Shown: positions 1 through 10,609 of the stretch, piece after piece
Position numbering within the stretch: the first letter of the stretch is position 1
How the letters are laid out: each line of letters starts with the position of its first letter
Source of the DNA: Auanema rhodensis
Taxonomy: Eukaryota; Animalia; Nematoda
Length of the DNA: 64,000 nt
NCBI GenBank assembly: GCA_964057225.1
Contig: OZ059897.1
Location: 3,720,001-3,784,000, forward strand
Reading direction: 5' to 3'
Made by a program: the position numbers and the translations under genes
The notes under the pieces: generated by a model
The model's database searches: none
Told to the model about the DNA's origin: nothing
The model's input: only the letters and a program-made list of their open reading frames with translations

Positions 1-351
1 TGAAATTATTTAGAAATTTTTCGGGAAAATTTTTGTCAAAATGTTTTTGGAAGCAATGTTGAGTGTACATGGGAACTCAACATACACTAATGCATTATTT
101 TTCAAACGATCATAACTAATTTTTGTATAGAGCGTTTCTCATTGTAGTATAGTGCATTCGATGCGGATTTTCAAGCTGCGTTGATCTGTGTTATCAGATT
201 TGAGTTAACTTAAAAATGCACCGAGATATCAACTGATATAGGTTCACACTTGTATCCTCGATTTTCACCCTGAAGAAATGATTTTTTCGTTGAAAAACAT
301 TGTCCATCGTATTCGTCTTGAAAAAAGGAATCTAAAAACATCTACTTTTTG
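1..351. repeat. Reference monomer (arbitrary phase set by the window start)
   Basis: Hand count: 52 C + 60 G in 351 bp, 11 CpG. Dyads: AAATTTT/AAAATTT (14-32), ATGTTGAGT/ACTCAACAT (56-83), TAATGCATTA (88-97), GCAT/ATGC (154-164), ATCTG/CAGAT (184-199), AGTTAACT (203-210), ATATCA/TGATAT (226-239). Confidence 0.97.
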
Positions 352-3159
352 TGAAATTATTTAGAAATTTTTCGGGAAAATTTTTGTCAAAATGTTTTTG
401 GAAGCAATGTTGAGTGTACATGGGAACTCAACATACACTAATGCATTATTTTTCAAACGATCATAACTAATCTTTGTATAGAGCGTTTCTCAATGTAGTA
501 TAGTGCATTCGATGCGGATTTTTAAGCTGCGTTGATCTGTGTTATCAGATTTGCGCTAGCTTAAAAATGCACCGAGATATCAACTCATATATGTTCACAC
601 TTATATCCTCGATTTTCACCCTGAAGAAATGATTTTTTCGTTGAATAACATTGTCATTTGTCTTCGTCTTGAAAAAAGGAATCTAAAAACATCTACTTTT
701 TGTGAAATTATTCAGAAATTTTTCGGGAAAATTTTTGTCAAAATGTTTTTGGAAGCAATGTTGAGTGTACATGGGAACTCAACATACACTAATGCATTAT
801 TTTTCAAACGATCATAACTAATTTTTGTATAGAGCGTTTCTCATTGTAGTATAGTGCATTCGATGCGGATTTTTAAGCTGCGTTGATCTGTGTTATCAGA
901 TTTGCGCAAGCTTAAAAATGCACCGAGATATCAACTGATATATGTTCACACTTATATCCTCGATTTTCACCCTGAAGAATTAATTTTTTCGTTGAATAAC
1001 ATTGTCATTTGTCTTCGTCTTGAAAAAAGGAATCTAAAAACATCTACTTTTTGTGAAATTATTTAGAAATTTTTCGGGAAAATTTTTGTCAAAATGTTTT
1101 TGGAAGCAATGTTGAGTGTACATGGGAACTCAACATACACTAATGCATTATTTTTCAAACGATCATAACTAATTTTTCTATAGAGCGTTTCTCTTTGTAG
1201 TATAGTGCATTCGATGCGGATTTTTAAGCTGCGTTGATCTGTGTTATCAGATTTGAGTTAGCTTAAAAACGCACCGAGATATCAACTGATATATGTTCAC
1301 ACTTATATCCTCGATTTTCACCCTGAAGAAATGATTTTTTCGTTGAATAACATTGTCATTTGTCTTCGTCTTGAAAAAAGGAATCTAAAAACATCTACTT
1401 TTTGTGAAATTATTTAGAAATTTTTCGGGAAAATTTTTGTCAAAATGTTTTTGGAAGCAATGTTGAGTGTACATGGGAACTCAACATACACTAATGCATT
1501 ATTTTTCAAACGATCATAACTAATTTTTGTATAGAACGTTTCTCTTTGTAGTATAGTGCATTCGATGCGGATTTTTAAGCTGCGTTGATCTGTGTTATCA
1601 GATTTGCGCTAGCTTAAAAATGCACCGAGTAATCAACTGATATAGGTTCACACTTATATCCTCGATTTTCACCCTGAAGAATTAATTTTTTCGTTGAATA
1701 ACATTGTCCATCGTCTTTGCCTTGAAAAAAGAAATCCAAAAACTCCTACTTTTTGTGAAATTATTTAGAAATTTTTCGGGAAAATTTTTGTCACAATGTT
1801 TTTGGAAGCAATGTTGAGTGTACATGGGAACTCAGCATACACTAATGCATTATTTTTCAAACGATCATAACTAATTTTTGTATAGAGCGTTTCTCAATGT
1901 AGTATAGTGCATTCGATGCGGATTTTTAAGCTGCGTTGATCTGTGTTATTAGATTTCAGTTAGCTTAAAAATGCACCGAGATATCAACTGATATAGGTTC
2001 ACACATGTATCCTCGATTTTCACCCTGAAGAAATGATTTTTTCGTTGAAAAACATTGTCCATCGTATTCGTCTTGAAAAAAGGAATCTAAAAACATCTAC
2101 TTTTTGTGAAATTATTTAGAAATTTTTCGGGAAAATTTTTGTCAAAATGTTTTTGGGAGCAATGTTGAGTGTACATGGGAACTCAACATACACTAATGCA
2201 TTATTTTTCAAACGATCATAACTAATTTTTGTATAGAGCGTTTCTCATTGTAGTATAGTGCATTCGATGCGGATTTTTAAGCTGCGTTGATCTGTGTTAT
2301 CAGATTTGAGTTAACTTAAAAATGCACCGAGATATGAACTGATATAGGTTCACACATATATCCTCGATTTTCACCCTGAAGAAATGATTTTTTCGTTGAA
2401 AAACATTGTCCATCGTCTTCGTCTTGAAAAAAGGAATCTAAAAACATCTACTTTTTGTGAAATTATTTAGAAATTTTTCAGGAAAATTTTTGTCAAAATG
2501 TTTTTGGAAGCAATGTTGAGTGTACATGGGAACTCAGCATACACTAATGCATTATTTTTCAAACGATCATAACTAATTTTTGTATGGAGCGTTTCTCAAT
2601 GTAGTATAGTGCATTCGATGCGGATTTTTAAGCTGCGTTGATCTGTGTTATCAGATTTGCGCTAGCTTAAAAATGCACCGAGTAATCAACTGATATAGGT
2701 TCACACTTATATCCTCGATTTTCACCCTGAAGAATTAATTTTTTCGTTGAATAACATTGTCCATCGTCTTTGCCTTGAAAAAAGAAATCTAAAAACTCCT
2801 ACTTTTTGTAAAATTATTTAGAAATTTTTCGGGAAAATTTTTGTCACAATGTTTTTGGAAGCAATGTTGAGTGTACATGGGAACTCAACATACACTAATG
2901 CATTATTTTTCAAACGATCATAACTAATTTTTGTATAGAGCGTTTCTTAATGTAGTATAGTGCATTCGATGCGGATTTTTAAGCTGCGTTGATCTGTGTT
3001 ATCAGATTTGAGTTAACTTAAAAATGCACCGAGATATCAACTGATATATGTTCACACTTATATCCTCGATTTTCACCCTGAAGAAATGATTTTTTCGTTG
3101 AAAAACATTGTCCATCGTATTCGTTTTGAAAAAAGAAATCTAAAAACATCTACTTTTTG

Positions 3160-6100
3160 TGAAATTATTTAGAAATTTTTCGGGAAAATTTTTGTCAAAA
3201 TGTTTTTGGAAGCAATGTTGAGTGTACATGGGAACTCAACATACACTAATGCATTATTTTTCAAACGATCATAACTAATTTTTGTATAGAGCGTTTCTTA
3301 ATGTAGTATAGTGCATTCGATGCGGATTTTTAAGCTGCGTTGATCTGTGTTATCAGATTTGAGTTAACTTAAAAATGCACCGAGATATCAACTGATATAT
3401 GTTCACACTTATATCCTCGATTTTCACCCTGAAGAAATGATTTTTTCGTTGAAAAACATTGTCCATCGTATTCGTTTTGAAAAAAGAAATCTAAAAACAT
3501 CTACTTTTTGTGAAATTATTTAGAAATTTTTCGGGAAAATTTTTGTCAAAATGTTTTTGGAAGCAATGTTGAGTGTACATGGGAACTCAACATACACTAA
3601 TGCATTATTTTTCAAACGATCATAACTAATTTTTGTATAGAGCGTTTCTCATTGTAGTATAGTGCATTCGATGCGGATTTTCAAGCTGCGTTGATCTGTG
3701 TTATCAGATTTGAGTTAACTTAAAAATGCACCGAGATATCAACTGATATAGGTTCACACTTGTATCCTCGATTTTCACCCTGAAGAAATGATTTTTTCGT
3801 TGAAAAACATTGTCCATCGTATTCGTCTTGAAAAAAGGAATCTAAAAACATCTACTTTTTGTGAAATTATTTAGAAATTTTTCGGGAAAATTTTTGTCAA
3901 AATGTTTTTGGAAGCAATGTTGAGTGTACATGGGAACTCAACATACACTAATGCATTATTTTTCAAACGATCATAACTAATTTTTGTATAGAGCGTTTCT
4001 CATTGTAGTATAGTGCATTCGATGCGGATTTTTAAGCTGCGTTGATCTGTGTTATCAGATTTGAGTTAGCTTAAAAATGCACCGAGATATCAACTGATAT
4101 ATGTTCACACTTATATCCTCGATTTTCACCCTGAAGAAATGATTTTTTCGTTGAATAACATTGTCCATCGTCTTTGCCTTGAAAAAAGAAATCTAAAAAC
4201 TCCTACTTTTTGTGAAATTATTTAGAAATTTTTCGGGAAAATTTTTGTCACAATGTTTTTGGAAGCAATGTTGAGTGTACATGGGAACTCAACATACACT
4301 AATGCATTATTTTTCAAACGATCATAACTAATCTTTGTATAGAGCGTTTCTCAATGTAGTATAGTGCATTCGATGCGGATTTTTAAGCTGCGTTGATCTG
4401 TGTTATCAGATTTGCGCTAGCTTAAAAATGCACCGAGATATCAACTGATATATGTTCACACTTATATCCTCGATTTTCACCCTGAAGAAATGATTTTTTC
4501 GTTGAATAACATTGTCATTTGTCTTCGTCTTGAAAAAAGGAATCTAAAAACATCTACTTTTTGTGAAATTATTCAGAAATTTTTCGGGAAAATTTTTGTC
4601 AAAATGTTTTTGGAAGCAATGTTGAGTGTACATGGGAACTCAACATACACTAATGCATTATTTTTCAAACGATCATAACTAATTTTTGTATAGAGCGTTT
4701 CTTAATGTAGTATAGTGCATTCGATGCGGATTTTTAAGCTGCGTTGATCTGTGTTATCAGATTTGAGTTAACTTAAAAATGCACCGAGATATCAACTGAT
4801 ATATGTTCACACTTATATCCTCGATTTTCACCCTGAAGAAATGATTTTTTCGTTGAAAAACATTGTCCATCGTATTCGTTTTGAAAAAAGAAATCTAAAA
4901 ACATCTACTTTTTGTGAAATTATCTAGAAATTTTTCGGGAAAATTTTTGTCAAAATGTTTTTGGAAGCAATGTTGAGTGTACATGGGAACTCAACATACA
5001 CTAATGCATTATTTTTCAAACGATCATAACTAATTTTTGTATAGAGCGTTTCTCATTGTAGTATAGTGCATTCGATGCGGATTTTCAAGCTGCGTTGATC
5101 TGTGTTATCAGATTTGAGTTAACTTAAAAATGCACCGAGATATCAACTGATATAGGTTCACACTTGTATCCTCGATTTTCACCCTGAAGAAATGATTTTT
5201 TCGTTGAAAAACATTGTCCATCGTATTCGTCTTGAAAAAAGGAATCTGAAAACATCTACTTTTTGTGAAATTATTTAGAAATTTTTCGGGAAAATTTTTG
5301 TCAAAATGTTTTTGGAAGCAATGTTGAGTGTACATGGGAACTCAACATACACTAATGCATTATTTTTCAAACGATCATAACTAATTTTTGTATAGAGCGT
5401 TTCTCATTGTAGTATAGTGCATTCGATGCGGATTTTTAAGCTGCGTTGATCTGTGTTATCAGATTTGAGTTAGCTTAAAAATGCACCGAGATATCAACTG
5501 ATATATGTTCACACTTATATCCTCGATTTTCACCCTGAAGAAATGATTTTTTCGTTGAATAACATTGTCCATCGTCTTTGCCTTGAAAAAAGAAATCTAA
5601 AAACTCCTACTTTTTGTGAAATTATTTAGAAATTTTTCGGGAAAATTTTTGTCACAATGTTTTTGGAAGCAATGTTGAGTGTACATGGGAACTCAACATA
5701 CACTAATGCATTATTTTTCAAACGATCATAACTAATCTTTGTATAGAGCGTTTCTCAATGTAGTATAGTGCATTCGATGCGGATGTTTAAGCTGCGTTGA
5801 TCTGTGTTATCAGATTTGCGCTAGCTTAAAAATGCACCGAGATATCAACTGATATATGTTCACACTTATATCCTCGATTTTCACCCTGAAGAAATGATTT
5901 TTTCGTTGAATAACATTGTCATTTGTCTTCGTCTTGAAAAAAGGAATCTAAAAACATCTACTTTTTGTGAAATTATTCAGAAATTTTTCGGGAAAATTTT
6001 TGTCACAATGTTTTTGGAAGCAATGTTGAGTGTACATGGGAACTCAACATACACTAATGCATTATTTTTCAAACGATCATAACTAATTTTTGTATAGAGC

Positions 6101-7490
6101 GTTTCTTAATGTAGTATAGTGCATTCGATGCGGATTTTTAAGCTGCGTTGATCTGTGTTATCAGATTTGAGTTAACTTAAAAATGCACCGAGATATCAAC
6201 TGATATATGTTCACACTTATATCCTCGATTTTCACCCTGAAGAAATGATTTTTTCGTTGAAAAACATTGTCCATCGTATTCGTTTTGAAAAAAGAAATCT
6301 AAAAACATCTACTTTTTGTGAAATTATTTAGAAATTTTTCGGGAAAATTTTTGTCAAAATGTTTTTGGAAGCAATGTTGAGTGTACATGGGAACTCAACA
6401 TACACTAATGCATTATTTTTCAAACGATCATAACTAATTTTTGTATAGAGCGTTTCTCATTGTAGTATAGTGCATTCGATGCGGATTTTCAAGCTGCGTT
6501 GATCTGTGTTATCAGATTTGAGTTAACTTAAAAATGCACCGAGATATCAACTGATATAGGTTCACACTTGTATCCTCGATTTTCACCCTGAAGAAATGAT
6601 TTTTTCGTTGAAAAACATTGTCCATCGCATTCGTCTTGAAAAAAGGAATCTAAAAACATCTACTTTTTGTGAAATTATTTAGAAATTTTTCGGGAAAATT
6701 TTTGTCAAAATGTTTTTGGAAGCAATGTTGAGTGTACATGGGAACTCAACATACACTAATGCATTATTTTTCAAACGATCATAACTAATTTTTGTATAGA
6801 GCGTTTCTCATTGTAGTATAGTGCATTCGATGCGGATTTTTAAGCTGCGTTGATCTGTGTTATCAGATTTGAGTTAGCTTAAAAATGCACCGAGATATCA
6901 ACTGATATATGTTCACACTTATATCCTCGATTTTCACCCTGAAGAAATGATTTTTTCGTTGAATAACATTGTCCATCGTCTTTGCCTTGAAAAAAGAAAT
7001 CTAAAAACTCCTACTTTTTGTGAAATTATTTAGAAATTTTTCGGGAAAATTTTTGTCACAATGTTTTTGGAAGCAATGTTGAGTGTACATGGGAACTCAA
7101 CATACACTAATGCATTATTTTTCAAACGATCATAACTAATCTTTGTATAGAGCGTTTCTCAATGTAGTATAGTGCATTCGATGCGGATTTTTAAGCTGCG
7201 TTGATCTGTGTTATCAGATTTGCGCTAGCTTAAAAATGCACCGAGATATCAACTGATATATGTTCACACTTATATCCTCGATTTTCACCCTGAAGAAATG
7301 ATTTTTTCGTTGAATAACATTGTCATTTGTCTTCGTCTTGAAAAAAGGAATCTAAAAACATCTACTTTTTGTGAAATTATTCAGAAATTTTTCGGGAAAA
7401 TTTTTGTCAAAATGTTTTTGGAAGCAATGTTGAGTGTACATGGGAACTCAACATACACTAATGCATTATTTTTCAAACGATCATAACTAA
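3160..7490. repeat. 4-monomer higher-order repeat (1404 bp), about 3 copies
   Basis: ORF starts 4490/5894/7298 are 1404 apart. The ordered markers CTTAAT, TTCAAG, CTTTGCC, AATCTTT and GTCATTTGTC recur at this period. Confidence 0.9.
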
Positions 7491-10400
7491 TTTTTGTATA
7501 GAGCGTTTCTCTTTGTAGTATAGTGCATTCGATGCGGATTTTTAAGCTGCGTTGATTTGTGTTATCAGATTTGAGTTAGCTTAAAAATGCACCGAGATAT
7601 CAACTGATATATGTTCACACTTATATCCTCGATTTTCACCCTGAAGAAATGATTTTTTCGTTGAATAACATTGTCATTTGTCTTCGTCTTGAAAAAAGGA
7701 ATCTAAAAACATCTACTTTTTGTGAAATTATTTAGAAATTTTTCGGGAAAATTTTTGTCAAAATGTTTTTGGAAGCAATGTTGAGTGTACATGGGAACTC
7801 AACATACACTAATGCATTATTTTTCAAACGATCATAACTAACTTTTGTATAGAGCGTTTCTCTTTGTAGTATAGTGCATTCGATGCGGATTTTTAAGCTG
7901 CGTTGATCTGTGTTATCAGATTTGCGCTAGCTTAAAAATGCACCGAGTAATCAACTGATATAGGTTCACACTTATATCCTCGATTTTCACCCTGAAGAAT
8001 TAATTTTTTCGTTGAATAACATTGTCCATCGTCTTTGCCTTGAAAAAAGAAATCCAAAAACTCCTACTTTTTGTGAAATTATTTAGAAATTTTTCGGGAA
8101 AATTTTTGTCACAATGTTTTTGGAAGCAATGTTGAGTGTACATGGGAACTCAGCATACACTAATGCATTATTTTTCAAACGATCATAACTAATTTTTGTA
8201 TAGAGCGTTTCTCAATGTAGTATAGTGCATTCGATGCGGATTTTTAAGCTGCGTTGATCTGTGTTATTAGATTTCAGTTAGCTTAAAAATGCACCGAGAT
8301 ATCAACTGATATAGGTTCACACATGTATCCTCGATTTTCACCCTGAAGAAATGATTTTTTCGTTGAAAAACATTGTCCATCGTATTCGTCTTGAAAAAAG
8401 GAATCTAAAAACATCTACTTTTTGTGAAATTATTTAGAAATTTTTCGGGAAAATTTTTGTCAAAATGTTTTTGGGAGCAATGTTGAGTGTACATGGGAAC
8501 TCAACATACACTAATGCATTATTTTTCAAACGATCATAACTAATTTTTGTATAGAGCGTTTCTCATTGTAGTATAGTGCATTCGATGCGGATTTTTAAGC
8601 TGCGTTGATCTGTGTTATCAGATTTGAGTTAACTTAAAAATGCACCGAGATATGAACTGATATAGGTTCACACATATATCCTCGATTTTCACCCTGAAGA
8701 AATGATTTTTTCGTTGAAAAACATTGTCCATCGTCTTTGTCTTGAAAAAAGGAATCTAAAAACATCTACTTTTTGTGAAATTATTCAGAAATTTTTCGGG
8801 AAAATTTTTGTCAAAATGTTTTTGGAAGCAATGTTGAGTGTACATGGGAACTCAACATACACTAATGCATTATTTTTCAAACGATCATAACTAATTTTTG
8901 TATAGAGCGTTTCTCAATGTAGTATAGTGCATTCGATGCGGATTTTTAAGCTGCGTTGATCTGTGTTATCAGATTTGAGTTAGCTTAAAAATGCACCGAG
9001 ATATCAACTGATATATGTTCACACTTATAACCTCGATTTTCACCCTGAAGAATTAATTTTTTCGTTGAATAACATTGTCCATCGTCTTTGCCTTGAAAAA
9101 AGAAATCCAAAAACTCCTACTTTTTGTGAAATTATTTAGAAATTTTTCGGGAAAATTTTTGTCACAATGTTTTTGGAAGCAATGTTGAGTGTACATGGGA
9201 ACTCAGCATACACTAATGCATTATTTTTCAAACGATCATAACTAATTTTTGTATAGAGCGTTTCTCAATGTAGTATAGTGCATTCGATGCGGATTTTTAA
9301 GCTGCGTTGATCTGTGTTATCAGATTTGAGTTAGCTTAAAAATGCACCGAGTAATCAACTGATATAGGTTCACACTTATATCCTCGATTTTCACCCTGAA
9401 GAATTAATTTTTTCGTTGAATAACATTGTCCATCGTCTTTGCCTTGAAAAAAGAAATCCAAAAACTCCTACTTTTTGTGAAATTATTTAGAAATTTTTCG
9501 GGAAAATTTTTGTCACAATGTTTTTGGAAGCAATGTTGAGTGTACATGGGAACTCAGCATACACTAATGCATTATTTTTCAAACGATCATAACTAATTTT
9601 TGTATAGAGCGTTTCTCAATGTAGTATAGTGCATTCGATGCGGATTTTTAAGCTGCGTTGATCTGTGTTATTAGATTTCAGTTAGCTTAAAAATGCACCG
9701 AGATATCAACTGATATAGGTTCACACATGTATCCTCGATTTTCACCCTGAAGAAATGATTTTTTCGTTGAAAAACATTGTCCATCGTATTCGTCTTGAAA
9801 AAAGGAATCTAAAAACATCTACTTTTTGTGAAATTATTTAGAAATTTTTCGGGAAAATTTTTGTCAAAATGTTTTTGGGAGCAATGTTGAGTGTACATGG
9901 GAACTCAACATACACTAATGCATTATTTTTCAAACGATCATAACTAATTTTTGTATAGAGCGTTTCTCATTGTAGTATAGTGCATTCGATGCGGATTTTT
10001 AAGCTGCGTTGATCTGTGTTATCAGATTTGAGTTAGCTTAAAAATGCACCGAGATATCAACTGATATATGTTCACACTTATAACCTCGATTTTCACCCTG
10101 AAGAATTAATTTTTTCGTTGAATAACATTGTCCATCGTCTTTGCCTTGAAAAAAGAAATCTAAAAACTCCTACTTTTTGTGAAATTATTTAGAAATTTTT
10201 CGGGAAAATTTTTGTCACAATGTTTTTGGAAGCAATGTTGAGTGTACATGGGAACTCAGCATACACTAATGCATTATTTTTCAAACGATCATAACTAATT
10301 TTTGTATAGAGCGTTTCTCAATGTAGTATAGTGCATTCGATGCGGATTTTTAAGCTGCGTTGATCTGTGTTATCAGATTTGAGTTAACTTAAAAATGCAC

Positions 10401-10609
10401 CGAGATATCAACTGATATAGGTTCACACATATATCCTCGATTTTCACCCTGAAGAAATGATTTTTTCGTTGAATAACATTGTCCATCGTCTTTGCCTTGA
10501 AAAAAGAAATCCAAAAACTCCTACTTTTTGTGAAATTATTTAGAAATTTTTCGGGAAAATTTTTGTCACAATGTTTTTGGAAGCAATGTTGAGTGTACAT
10601 GGGAACTCA

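Noticed and set aside
238-297. Type III hammerhead fold (AUA site, GGT 241-243 pairing with ACC 267-269)
   Set aside because: Stem I has only 3 bp and is broken in the TATGTT allele. Stem III cannot extend beyond one pair.
285-301. CENP-B-box-like TTTCGTTGAAAAACATT
   Set aside because: It matches only TTCG and the central A of nTTCGnnnnAnnCGGGn (5 of 9 essential bases). The CGGG half is missing.
1-351. Tandem 5S rRNA, tRNA, snRNA or spliced-leader gene unit
   Set aside because: I recognise no 5S, tRNA cloverleaf, Pol III A/B box or snRNA sequence on either strand. An Rfam scan would be the definitive test.
1-351. Internal dimer (2 x about 175 bp) or shorter ancestral subrepeats
   Set aside because: The halves do not align by eye. 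Short echoes (TTTTTCG..GAAAA..TGTC at 17 and 283; TGCA motifs about 63 bp apart) are too weak in low-complexity AT-rich DNA.
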